The position numbers and the translations under genes were made by a program. A stretch of 64,000 bases of DNA, from contig JAUPSS010000001.1 in NCBI GenBank assembly GCA_040285825.1, forward strand, positions 2,604,001-2,668,000, given 5' to 3'. The notes under the pieces were generated by a model. That model saw only the letters and a program-made list of their open reading frames with translations. It did no database searches and was not told the origin of the DNA. Shown one piece after another: positions 23,425 through 34,039 of the stretch. The stretch comes from Eukaryota sp. TZLM1-RC. Taxonomy: Eukaryota; Protista; Metamonada: BaSk clade. Each line of letters starts with the position of its first letter. The first letter of the stretch is position 1.

Positions 23425-24186
23425 TTAATTTTTTCTAAAATTAACGAAATACTTCCAAGCAAAACCACAGCTGATCAACGGCACCAATACTGAACCAATA
23501 ACAGGAGCAAGAGGCATATCCCAGCCTTCAGTGTACTGAACAAACGTGATAATCAAAACCAACATTGTCAAGGGTATCAAAAACACATATGTACTGATGG
23601 CATACACAAACGACCACGTACGACCAGTAACCAACCCAACACCCACGTAAATGACCAATGGACAAACAATTGCGACATCCTTGAAGAAAGTTGCCACAGC
23701 AGCTTCCTTATACTCATTGACTACATCAGGGTAATCGCCGGTGATGGAAAATGGAATCAGCATAGACAACCAAGAGAGGGCGACTAATGCAGACGTAACA
23801 ACTAAGTGATAGCCAAAAAGTTTGGGGTTTGGGATTACATTCGAAGGGAAAGTACATGCTGAAACCAACTTGAAAGATTCAATGGTGAATATGAATATTG
23901 GAATCACTGTTATGAGATCCAGCGTGTAGACCTGGTGAAATTTCCTGCCCATAGTAAACGATATATACGCATAGAGAAAGTAAAGAGAGAGACCAAGGCG
24001 TGTAGAATATAGGAACAGATCACGCTTGTGCGACGTACGAATATAAAAAATAATGTAAAATAAAAGCACAAACAGAACAAAGATGTTTTCAGAAAGGGAC
24101 TGGAGCTCATCTCTAACAAAGATACTTACGGTGGATGATATACCAATGGACAAGGCCATTAGAGAGAAGAGAACCTTATCGTACAT
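23425..24186 (-). CDS. Uncharacterised polytopic membrane protein (7-8 TM)
   Basis: 253 aa, strongly hydrophobic; LGLSLYFLYAYISF and DVAIVCPL..G..L segments. Confidence 0.75.
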   Translation of the reverse strand: MYDKVLFSLMALSIGISSTVSIFVRDELQSLSENIFVLFVLLFYIIFYIRTSHKRDLFLYSTRLGLSLYFLYAYISFTMGRKFHQVYTLDLITVIPIFIFTIESFKLVSACTFPSNVIPNPKLFGYHLVVTSALVALSWLSMLIPFSITGDYPDVVNEYKEAAVATFFKDVAIVCPLVIYVGVGLVTGRTWSFVYAISTYVFLIPLTMLVLIITFVQYTEGWDMPLAPVIGSVLVPLISCGFAWKYFVNFRKN

Positions 24187-24218
24187 GATGACAATTTGAA
24201 AGTTGATTGTAAATTAAA

Positions 24219-24992
24219 ATGCAATGCATCGCTATTCCCATAGAAACAAACTACTGCTACCTTCTTAACCAAATTGGATCAACAAACGTGCTCGTTATTG
24301 ATCCATCATCTGTGGATGAGGTCGTGGAAGTTCTTCGTAAGCACAAGTTTGTGCCAATAGGAGTGATAAGTTGTCATCACCACCGAGATCATACTTGTGG
24401 CGCTCTTGACATCTGTGATTTATATGATGTGCCTTTCTATCTACCAGAAAAGGATATACCCAGTTCAGAACTATCATCTTCATCCAGATTACTTGCAGTT
24501 CAAGATGCTTCTACACTTGATTTAGACGACATAACTGTTACTATATTAGAGACCCCTGGACACACCACAGGGGCTGCATGCCTGTATGCTGTTCATCATG
24601 ATCAGAGCTTCCTCTTTACATCAGATACTCTGTTTCATTGTGGAATGGGGAGACTATTCGAAACTTCAACTCAACCTCAGATTATGTACAATTCACTGAG
24701 AAAGATAAAAGAATTGCCAAAGGGAACATTGCTCCATTTCGGACACGATTATGCAACGAAAAATCTCAATTTCTTGAAAACCATCAATGAATCCCTTGCA
24801 ATGTCAAGGTTAAACACATTACCATCCAGTATGAAGGAGAGATGCTGTTATCCTCTTGGTGAGGAGATAAGACTGAATCCATTTCTTAAAGTGGATGACC
24901 CAGAATTTAGAGATTTAATCCCAGGATGTTCTAGGGACACAGAACCAGTTGAAGCTCTCCGGGTGTTGAGGCAAATGAGAGATGTTTATTGA
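24219..24992 (+). CDS. GLO2: Hydroxyacylglutathione hydrolase (glyoxalase II)
   Basis: NYCYLL, HHHRDH, TPGHT, SDTLFHCGMGRLFE, GHDY, E..LNPFL motifs. Confidence 0.9.
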   Translation: MQCIAIPIETNYCYLLNQIGSTNVLVIDPSSVDEVVEVLRKHKFVPIGVISCHHHRDHTCGALDICDLYDVPFYLPEKDIPSSELSSSSRLLAVQDASTLDLDDITVTILETPGHTTGAACLYAVHHDQSFLFTSDTLFHCGMGRLFETSTQPQIMYNSLRKIKELPKGTLLHFGHDYATKNLNFLKTINESLAMSRLNTLPSSMKERCCYPLGEEIRLNPFLKVDDPEFRDLIPGCSRDTEPVEALRVLRQMRDVY

Positions 24993-25066
24993 ATCAATGT
25001 TCAAAAATAAAAAAAAACATGAAAACATTTATAACAAAATAAATAAACCAAATTCAAAAACTATAA

Positions 25067-28000
25067 TCAAACAACCAGCTCATCACCTAGAGACATTCTA
25101 ATAACTTCAGTAGTCATTGGAGAACATGGTACTGTCTTGAGAATCTCCTTATTGTTGGCTTTTCTAGTGTTATTAATTCCATCCAACAAGGCAAACAAGA
25201 CAGAAGAAGCATTGATTAAAGGACCTTCAGCTGTTGCTTTGCTTCCAGCAACATTCATTTCATTAGGTTGTTGGGCTACCAATTCAACGTGCCATTCACG
25301 AGGAATTTCATTGACCGTGGGTAAGAGGTAGTCACCAGGAGCATTAACAATTAAACCTTGATCATTGTACTTCATTTCCTCGGTAGTGTAGTATCCCAAA
25401 CCTTGGACAAAAGAGCCTTCAACCTGGCCAATATCAAGCAAAGGATTAAGTGACCTTCCTGCATCCTGAAGGACATCAGCTCTAATTAATGCCCATTCCC
25501 CAGTATAAGTATCGATTTGAACCTCAGCGCAGGCAATACCATAAGAATAGTAAAAACCAGCGGTACCAGCAGCGATAGAAGTGCCAGTAAATTCAGAGGA
25601 GTTATACTTATCCCAAGACCATTCGAGTTCTGGGAGTGCATGGTGAGTTCCAGCCCTGAGATCAATTCTCTTAAAGTAAGCCTTAAAGCAAAGTTCCTTC
25701 CAAGAGGCTTCTGGGAATTGCTTTCTCAGAGGTTCAAGTCGTTCAAGAATCATTTTACAGGCTTTGATCACAGCAGGACCAGCAACATCAGAACCAGAGC
25801 TAGCCGAGGTGGGTTGAGTATTGGGGTTACGATCTGTGGAGGTTTCAACGACGTGAACCATTTCAAAGGGAATTCCAAGAGTGTGGGAACAAAGCTGGGC
25901 CATTTTGGTAAATACACCTTGTCCCATTTCCACTGCTGATACTGCAAGTTGAACAGAACCGTCGTGGTAAACATTCAAAAGACAAGCACCAGCATTCATA
26001 AAATCAACTTCAAAACAAACTGCACATTTCTGAGGGTTGAGGGAGATTCCTCTTTTAAATCTGGAATTATTTGCATTAAATTCTTCCACAGATTGTATTC
26101 TTCTTTGAATCTCGCTGGACTGCTTGAAATCTTTCCACATCTTGGGCAATGCACAAGTTTCAGGAGCAACAACTCCTTGATCTACATAACAGCCTAAAAT
26201 GGTTTCATAACCATTAGATAAAAGATTCAGATCTCTAAAGGTCAATAAATCTATTCCAACTTCATTTGCCAAGTGGGTAATGACAGTTTCAGTTATAATA
26301 TTGGCTTGGGGAGCCCCAAAGCCTCTGTAGGCAGTATTGGTAACCATGTTAGTTTTACAGCCAATGCCCTCAGTTCTCCAGGAAGGCCACTTATAGACAG
26401 ACTCCATTTGCATAACAGTTTTCTCCATAACAGGACCAGTAACATCAAAAACATAGCCACCATTCATTAAGAATTTGATGTCAGCTCCCAGCAATTCTCC
26501 ACTCTTTTTACAAGCAGCCTTGTAATAGCAAGTAAAGGGATGACGACCTCCAGTGATTGCTATATCAGTTCGTCTGTCAAGAGCTAACCTAACCGGTCTG
26601 TTGAGTTTATTAGCAGCAACAGAGGCGGCACAAGCAATGAAACAAGGGCGATCTTGTTTACCACCAAAACCACCCCCAAGTCTAAACACCTTGACCAAAA
26701 CTTTATGCATTGGGATACCCAAGACCTTGGCAACATCAGCTTGGACCTTGGCAACATTCTGAGTGGAGGAGTGAACGGTAAACAATGGATCTCCCGGACT
26801 TGCGATTGCAACTTGAGGTTCAAAGTAGAAATGTTCTTGACCACCCACTTTAATAGTACCTTCTACATAAACTTCATCGTCCTTGGTTTTGGCTCCTTCT
26901 AAAACAGCATTGACATCACCTCTTTTGATGACTCTTGAAGCAATATGAGGATGGAAAGAGCCCTTTTCGTAAGCATCTTCAACAGAAAGAATAGGTTCAA
27001 GTTCTTCATAATCAACACATACCAAGCTAGCGGCCTTCCTCGCGTTCTCTGGCGTATCACAAACCACCACAGCAATGGGTTGGCCGGCGTAGTGAACAGT
27101 TCCATTAGCAAAGGCCATGGTGTCAAACACGATACCAGTAAGTCCGTCTGAACCAGTAATATCCTTAGCAGTAACAATTTCGATAAAAGAGTCACCTAGA
27201 GCTTCCTTGGCCTTGGAGTGGTCAATAGAAAGAATGTTGGCATGGGCATATTGGGAGGTAACAAAAGCTGCATGTAACGTGTCCTTTGTGGTTACCATAT
27301 CTCTAGTAAATGAAGATTCACCTGTGCAGATCAGGGTAGAATCAATTGGTTTTACAGGTTGGTTGGTAATCTCAGTGGGGTTGTTCATTGGAATTTGTTC
27401 AAACTTTCTGGTGGAGATCAAAGGGAAAGACATGCCCAGACCCTTGGAAGTAATGACTCTTGATTGATTGGCAGCTGAAACGTCACCAGTTAAAAATTGT
27501 GATAGCTTGTCCATTATCAGCTTGGTGATGGAAAGAGTCACTGTTTTTCTAAATTCAATAGTTCCTTGACTATCATTGACTATCGACAGGGAGTGGAGAT
27601 CAGTGACAAGTGCTGACAAGCTCTTTGACACATCCAAATTTTCACCAATGGACTTTACAAAATTTTCAAACCCTGTGGAAAGACCTTCTTCAAGGTTGTT
27701 GACGGCTAGTTTTGTGCCATTTTTAGAATAAAGAAAAGCTATGGAGGCAACGCAAAGAGCATTAGTTCTTCTTTTAGCAACCTTGGCAGCAGAGAACATA
27801 ACTGTATCGTCAATTGGGAGATTAAGAACAACATTGGTCAAAAGCTTTCCTTTATGATTTAAGGCTTCAGTGATTTCACAAGTGATAGAAGAGCCATCTT
27901 TGGGGTCAATAAAAGTCAGTTGACCTCCCAAGACTTCAAAGACAGGAAGCAAATCGGAATACCTTGAACTTGTCATTAGATGACCCCCAATGGTGCTACT

Positions 28001-28960
28001 GTTTCTAACTTGAACTGTTCCAAAGTCATTCAAATGATCAAATAAGTTAGAAGAAATTCGCTTAACACCAGTACCCTTTGAATCAGAAGAAAGGGTATTA
28101 AAAACGTCTTTGAGTTCGGAAACAGTGATTCCTGACCCAATAGTAATTGATTGATGGGTTTCCGAAGGGTCATTAATCACGATATTTCTGAGCTCTTTGA
28201 CACGACCAATATAGACAACCTTCTCTGGATGAGAAGCATCAGTCATGTGAGCAAGTCTGATTTCGTTATTCCCTCCAATTGGTGTATAACCCTTGTTGAT
28301 GAGATCCATGGCGACTTGAAGAGAGGAGGCAACGGCCCATTGGCAACCCATGACGTCATCAAGTGTCATAAAATCTGCAGGGAAAGTGGGTTCTACGCTC
28401 TTGACCGTTTTGGCTGTCCTCTCACAAGGGATTCTTCCTTCCCCGACAAAAGGTTCTACCGAATCGTAAATGGCTCTATACCCGGTACATCGGCACATGG
28501 ATGACTGGAGAGTGTCTTCAATATCTGCAAACGTGGGATTGGGGCTAGGATTATCGTCACGCAGCACGGTGTAGAGGTTCATGATGATGCCAGGGGTACA
28601 GTATCCACACTGAGCACCATAGTTGTCAGCAAAGGATTGTTGAAGTTCATGGACAGATTTGCGAGAGACAGCGCCCAGACCTTCAATAGTTGTAATGGCA
28701 GTTTTGTGAAGGGAAAAGACGGGGACAATACTGGCGAGTATGGCTTTTGAGAAGGGTTTTTGTTGAACAGTGTCATAGTATGTGACTAAGACGGTAGATG
28801 CACTGGTAGCACCTTCACCGGTTGCGATTTTGGTACCTTTGAGACGAACTTCGTCGGAACGAAGATAGTCAGCTAATGTAAGGTCAGGACGTGGATTTAT
28901 TATCTCGTGTTTCTCACCATTGATGAGAAGAATAACAGATTCAGTCATATTGACAGTCAT
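25067..28960 (-). CDS. Xanthine dehydrogenase / aldehyde oxidase family molybdo-flavoenzyme with atypical Fe/S domain
   Basis: QCGYCTPG, CRCTGYR, QVRN..TIGG, GGQEHFY, STQN, LGGGFGGK, YRGFGAPQ, EMGQG, DIGQVEG, SKATAEGP. Confidence 0.93.
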   Translation of the reverse strand: MTVNMTESVILLINGEKHEIINPRPDLTLADYLRSDEVRLKGTKIATGEGATSASTVLVTYYDTVQQKPFSKAILASIVPVFSLHKTAITTIEGLGAVSRKSVHELQQSFADNYGAQCGYCTPGIIMNLYTVLRDDNPSPNPTFADIEDTLQSSMCRCTGYRAIYDSVEPFVGEGRIPCERTAKTVKSVEPTFPADFMTLDDVMGCQWAVASSLQVAMDLINKGYTPIGGNNEIRLAHMTDASHPEKVVYIGRVKELRNIVINDPSETHQSITIGSGITVSELKDVFNTLSSDSKGTGVKRISSNLFDHLNDFGTVQVRNSSTIGGHLMTSSRYSDLLPVFEVLGGQLTFIDPKDGSSITCEITEALNHKGKLLTNVVLNLPIDDTVMFSAAKVAKRRTNALCVASIAFLYSKNGTKLAVNNLEEGLSTGFENFVKSIGENLDVSKSLSALVTDLHSLSIVNDSQGTIEFRKTVTLSITKLIMDKLSQFLTGDVSAANQSRVITSKGLGMSFPLISTRKFEQIPMNNPTEITNQPVKPIDSTLICTGESSFTRDMVTTKDTLHAAFVTSQYAHANILSIDHSKAKEALGDSFIEIVTAKDITGSDGLTGIVFDTMAFANGTVHYAGQPIAVVVCDTPENARKAASLVCVDYEELEPILSVEDAYEKGSFHPHIASRVIKRGDVNAVLEGAKTKDDEVYVEGTIKVGGQEHFYFEPQVAIASPGDPLFTVHSSTQNVAKVQADVAKVLGIPMHKVLVKVFRLGGGFGGKQDRPCFIACAASVAANKLNRPVRLALDRRTDIAITGGRHPFTCYYKAACKKSGELLGADIKFLMNGGYVFDVTGPVMEKTVMQMESVYKWPSWRTEGIGCKTNMVTNTAYRGFGAPQANIITETVITHLANEVGIDLLTFRDLNLLSNGYETILGCYVDQGVVAPETCALPKMWKDFKQSSEIQRRIQSVEEFNANNSRFKRGISLNPQKCAVCFEVDFMNAGACLLNVYHDGSVQLAVSAVEMGQGVFTKMAQLCSHTLGIPFEMVHVVETSTDRNPNTQPTSASSGSDVAGPAVIKACKMILERLEPLRKQFPEASWKELCFKAYFKRIDLRAGTHHALPELEWSWDKYNSSEFTGTSIAAGTAGFYYSYGIACAEVQIDTYTGEWALIRADVLQDAGRSLNPLLDIGQVEGSFVQGLGYYTTEEMKYNDQGLIVNAPGDYLLPTVNEIPREWHVELVAQQPNEMNVAGSKATAEGPLINASSVLFALLDGINNTRKANNKEILKTVPCSPMTTEVIRMSLGDELVV

Positions 28961-29309
28961 TGTTTGAGTTATTGTCTATAACAATGGAATTTTTTGATGT
29001 GGAAGATTTTCACTTTGATTCCATATATTGGACCTTCAACTCCGCCATTTACATCTCTGTTCAACAAAATTTCGCTTGGTTTACTCATTGATAGTTGGTG
29101 ATTGATGAACTTCTTATGTGTCTTTCATTTTCCGGATTTCCACATCACAAAGTATCAATTGTTTTCTCCACATACCACAATTGAAACAACAACAACTGGT
29201 TCAAAGCTTATGAATCATAAAGACCTTAAAACAAGTTGTTATTAATCAGCATTCTCAAACCATTTCCCTTTTTCCAATCTGGCTTCAATAGGTGCAAATT
29301 TTATTAATA

Positions 29310-29410
29310 TGTTGGCACCCTAAAGCTTTTATATTATGATTAGAAAATAAATCAACTTTTCGTTATTCACTTTCTCTAAACCCATTAGACTTAAGGCTAC
29401 CCATAATTAT
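29310..29410 (+). repeat. Diverged LTR of the 92-bp family (42908/44243)
   Basis: tgttggcaccctaaag..atgattagaaaataaatcaacttttc..tagacttaaggc, followed by cataattat (remnant of the junction palindrome). Confidence 0.8.
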
Positions 29411-30117
29411 ATGCTAATTGAGTTGGATTATTGTAAAAAGTCTTTTTCATTTTTGTGTTGTTTCATCAATGGTCGTTGACGATACTTTGATCTTTGATAA
29501 CATTTGCTAGAAAGTCTTTATCGATCATTGTAGCTGGTTTTCTTTTGTTTAATGAAATTTTCATTTATTTTCTAGATTAGCTTCAAATTTATACAATAAT
29601 TACCACTTTCGGTAAAATCTGACTACAACCCCACAAATACATTTTCAGTATGGAATAAAATTCGTATAAAGTCCTTCTGATTTTCAATAAAACATCAATA
29701 AAATTTGTGAATATATAATCTTTAGACGATTCGAACTCTTCACTTCAGATTCTTACACACTACAACTGATTTCTTGTCATGTCAATTGAACATTAGCAAA
29801 AACATCAGTGCAAACTCAACGAAAGCTTTCAAGACAAAGAGATTTCTGCTTCCACTATAACATTGTTGAAAATTTGTGAATTTTGCGATGCAGCTGTTTC
29901 GTAGTTCATAATAAGTTGGCTGAATATTACCAGAATCAATAAAAGGGTCCTGAGATTGATACTCAAGAATATGTGAGGTGTCAATAAATCAACAGGGCAA
30001 ATCAATGTTGAACCAAACAGGGAGTATCACAATTTGAAAACAAAATAGCCAACAGAGTTTTAAAGGAAATAAGAGAACGTCTTTGTTGCGTAGTTTAACC
30101 TCAGCATTTTTTACTTG

Positions 30118-30258
30118 TGATGCCGTTAGGCAGAAATACCAAAAATGAAAAGAAGGAAAAGAGATTTATTAATAGAAATACTTGTTCTTGAACAAGTGCC
30201 ACGTCATAATGTAAATTCCTCATCTGTCTACCAAGTTAGTTAATCAGTAACAACAACA
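30118..30258 (-). repeat. Solo LTR (141 bp) related to the 47929/48892 family, 4-bp TSD CTTG
   Basis: tgatgccgttaggcaga...caacaaca termini shared with that family; cttg at 30114-30117 and 30259-30262. Confidence 0.85.
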
Positions 30259-30693
30259 CTTGTGAGTGTCGGAACATTGTTCTGAAATTAATGGTATGTT
30301 GATGACCATTATTGTCACCAAATGATTCTGCATCAGTTTTAAAAGAGGGTATTTCCACTGTGGAATTCAAGATGGCGAGACTCCAGAATTGCAGAATATA
30401 GGACTTGCAAGCTTATTTTTCCTCTCTTGAAAACAATATCAGTCAATTTAAATTAAATTTGAGAACTTCAGTTGGTTAAATTTCCTGTCAAAAGGGAATT
30501 CCAGGGGTACTGAAATAATTTTAAACCAATTAAACAGATTATATGTCATGGTTGTAGGACGTACTTTTGTAATATGAAAAAGTCACCAAAAAAGAACAAC
30601 AATGGAATACAGTTTAATCAAGGATTATTCAATAAGGACAAGCAAAAACGCCACACTGTATTCACAATTTATTATACAAGAATCTGTGTATCA

Positions 30694-31299
30694 TCAAGAA
30701 TGTCTCCTCAGCTCCTCCCTTCTCTTCATTAGTAGAGCATAATCAGCAGGGGATAACCGCAACTTAAACTGAATGGTCTCCTCCCTCTGAGGAGATTGAG
30801 GGAATGGAAGGTTGGAAGGCAGTGGAGAGGTAGCTGAATGGGAGGGGGAAGTCACGGTTTCAACTGTGGGTAGGGTTGGGGTATGTATATTATTGTCTTG
30901 GTCTTCCTGTTTGCTATGTTCCCAATCGTATATTTTCTTTGGTGGACGGGAGGGTTTTGATTCCTGACAAACAGGGGAAATGGGTGATGTGAGTAGAGTG
31001 TTAGCTTCTCTTGCAACACGCCGAAGTTTAAATCGTTGTTTTTCAAATATGACACAACGTTCATCCATATCATGTTCAAAACAAAATAATGTTAGATTGT
31101 CCATGCGGTCTTCTATATGAGCCACCAAATTCTCTATTTCATCACGGGCTAAAGTAGTGTCGAGTCCTTGGGCTTTATCTGATTGAAAAGAGGATAATAG
31201 AAGCTTCAGTTTGCTGCAGACTTCATCGGTTTGTGTTACAACATCAGTGACAGACTCTAGCCGCAGAGGAACCCATTGTATTGGCATATCCTCATTCAT
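30694..31299 (-). CDS. Uncharacterised protein (helical N-half, Pro/Ser-rich linker)
   Basis: 201-aa frame from first ATG, divergent from DnaJ with a 74-bp gap. Confidence 0.65.
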   Translation of the reverse strand: MNEDMPIQWVPLRLESVTDVVTQTDEVCSKLKLLLSSFQSDKAQGLDTTLARDEIENLVAHIEDRMDNLTLFCFEHDMDERCVIFEKQRFKLRRVAREANTLLTSPISPVCQESKPSRPPKKIYDWEHSKQEDQDNNIHTPTLPTVETVTSPSHSATSPLPSNLPFPQSPQREETIQFKLRLSPADYALLMKRREELRRHS

Positions 31300-31373
31300 A
31301 ATATGATAAGTAGCAAATGCTGAATTTACTCTTCTTCTCCTCCCCAACTAACGATTTTCACTTAAGTGACACC

Positions 31374-32483
31374 ATGGCCCTACGGACCTCATTTAAACTC
31401 ATTCTTCTCGTACTTCTTTTCTCCAGTACATTTGCATCACGTGACTACTATAAGATTCTTGGCATAGGTCGCAATGCCTCAAAAAAGGAAATACGTCGTG
31501 CATATAGGGATCTTTCACTCAAATACCACCCTGACAAAACGCAAAACTATGACAAAACCGTGGAGGAGAAATGGATGAACATTCAGCGAGCTTATGAGGT
31601 ACTCTCTGACGATGACAAACGCCGTGTCTATGACCGTCATGGAGAGGCTGGCCTTGAACAACAAGAGAAGCAAGGTCAGGGGGGAGGTAACCCCTTCACT
31701 AATCCTTTTGACTTCTTTAGAGGTCACCGAGGCCACCAAGAACCAGAAGAGAAACATGTTGAGGACGTCACACTTCCTCTCACTGTAACTCTCAAGCAAC
31801 TTTATACAGGAGACTCTGTTAAGGCTACCATTAGTCGGCATGTAGTTTGTAGTCAGTGTTCAGGGTCTGGAGCAAGGAGTCCCTCTGATATTGATAGATG
31901 TGGTTATTGTAACGGTCAAGGAATGAGGACTGTCAAGCAACAGCTGGGACCAGGGTTCTTTACCCAATCAACAATGCCCTGTGATAAGTGTGGTGGAAAG
32001 GGAACTACGATTAAAAAGAAGTGTGGAAAGTGTAAGGGAAAGAAGGTACATCGAGCAGAGGAAGTGGTAACAATCGACATTGATTCAGGAATGATTGATG
32101 GTGATTTAATTGAACTTGCCGGTTACACAGATGAACATCCCGATATGTCCCCAGGAAATTTGAAGTTTGTCATTCAAACAATTCCAGACAATGTATTTGA
32201 AAGGAGGGGAAAGAATTTGTACACTACGATTGAGGTGACTCTGTTGGAAGCTTTGGTTGGTTTCAAAAGGACAATCAAGGCACTTGATGACCATTTGATT
32301 ATTGTTGACCGGTCAGATATCACCTCTCCTGGTCAGGTTTTGATTGTTAAAAATGAAGGTATGCCAGACAAAAGTTTTGGTAGAGGGTCTGGTGATTTGT
32401 TTGTCACGGTGAATATTAAATTTCCAAGTAAAAAATTGACAATTAAAGATAAGGAATTGTTGGAAAAAATATTAAAAAATTAA
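31374..32483 (+). CDS. ER-type class A DnaJ/Hsp40 (Scj1/ERdj3-like)
   Basis: Signal peptide, RDYYKILG, HPD, four CxxCxGxG-type repeats, C-terminal domain; ATG 31374. Confidence 0.92.
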   Translation: MALRTSFKLILLVLLFSSTFASRDYYKILGIGRNASKKEIRRAYRDLSLKYHPDKTQNYDKTVEEKWMNIQRAYEVLSDDDKRRVYDRHGEAGLEQQEKQGQGGGNPFTNPFDFFRGHRGHQEPEEKHVEDVTLPLTVTLKQLYTGDSVKATISRHVVCSQCSGSGARSPSDIDRCGYCNGQGMRTVKQQLGPGFFTQSTMPCDKCGGKGTTIKKKCGKCKGKKVHRAEEVVTIDIDSGMIDGDLIELAGYTDEHPDMSPGNLKFVIQTIPDNVFERRGKNLYTTIEVTLLEALVGFKRTIKALDDHLIIVDRSDITSPGQVLIVKNEGMPDKSFGRGSGDLFVTVNIKFPSKKLTIKDKELLEKILKN

Positions 32484-33477
32484 AAATTAACAATAAAAAG
32501 TTATTTCCTTATTAAGATTTTTTAAAACAACTCTAGTGTCAAGAATTGGTCATTCTAAAACATTTAGACAGTCAAAAATCTTCTTACTTTATTATAAGTC
32601 TGTTGTTCAGTAACTGGAAATTGTTAATAGTGAATTTTCCTTTACTGGTGTGAAGCTAAAACTTTTCAGTAGCCATCCATGTGCTAGAGGACCAACTTGA
32701 TTTAGGTTTCAAGAATTGAACCAAGTGTTGTAGATGGTTTAAGTCTATAGAACTTGAGTTTTTAGTACGTCACCTCAGTGTTTGTTTGCTTTGATGTGGA
32801 TGGTTAATTCAAAAAAACTGCTAAAGTCAGTTGCAGTGGATTCCTTATTTGGTCATATAAACCGACAGTAAAACTCTTTATTAGCCAGTTAAAAGATATC
32901 CAAAAATGAAAAGAATATTTCTAGCAAATGATTAAACAAAAACTGCTGTTTGTTTGCAGTAAAGCTAATTAATTTTTTTATTTCAAAGAAATTAAAACCA
33001 GTCATTTAACTTAAAGTTTCACCCTTTTGTCACTCTCATGCAGTCACATATCACAAAATATGTAACCCACAAAATGAGGTAAAGTTGATTTTGAGTAATC
33101 AATGTGAGAACCTGTTTGCACAAAATCAAATTGCAGTTGATAGTCCCAACATAGCCTCAATGGAAATAATAGTGACAAACAGTGAAATATTGAGACATAT
33201 CCCATGAAACAATCTTGAAGCAAAACAAAGGAAACAACCAGCCATTGATCAAATACACAACAAGCGTTGGTAATCACATCAATTAACGCTATAAAGACCT
33301 ATAACGAAGTCATGATGAATTGTGGTTGGAGTCATAGAACCGTAAAACACAGGAATGAGAACCAAACTGTCCACTATAGCCACCCATTGGCTGTCCCCAA
33401 TTCAAGCAAATTTAGACAATAGTCTCCATATATTCAATAGTGTAGTGAACAGTTATGAATTTCTTTTTTCCTTCTCC

Positions 33478-33838
33478 ATGTCTCGGTTTGTACAATCCAT
33501 GTATTTCTTCTTATCCCAGCCTCTACGCTAAGGGATTGTTCTTGGGTTTTAAGAGAAACCTCAACAACCAAGACGAATCTGTCAGTCTTGTCAAGATCGA
33601 CGGTGTAAACACAGTTGATGATGCCAGGTGGTACGAAGGTAAGCGTGTCGCTTTCCTCTACAACGCCAAGAACAAGAAGGAAGGTAAGACTCGCATCATC
33701 TGGGGCAAAGTTGTTCGTCCCCATGGTAACTCTGGTGTTGTCCGTTGTCGCTTCCGCCGTAATCTCCCCCCTCGCGCAATTGGTGCTCCTCTCAGAATCA
33801 TGATGTATCCCCACAGATCTGGTCTCGTTCAACAATAG
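33478..33838 (+). CDS. RPL35A: 60S ribosomal protein eL33 (L35a), 34-nt intron at 33486-33519
   Basis: Splicing gtttgt...cccag gives MSRLYAKGLFLGFKR; IWGKVVRPHGNSGVVR..F..NLPP motif. Confidence 0.95.
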
Positions 33839-34039
33839 GTCGATTTTGCTACGTTCTTAGTGTGTTTATATCTTCCACAAACTTTTGGTACGATTCTACT
33901 TAGCTTCAATAAAGTTTTATTCAGGGTTAAAACTCTACTCACTCATTCTACTACATTTTTTATATTGAAATTAAGTGGTACAATTGTGTCCTATAATAAA
34001 TACACCTTTGAATTCTAAATTTGTATTTTTCATTTTAGC

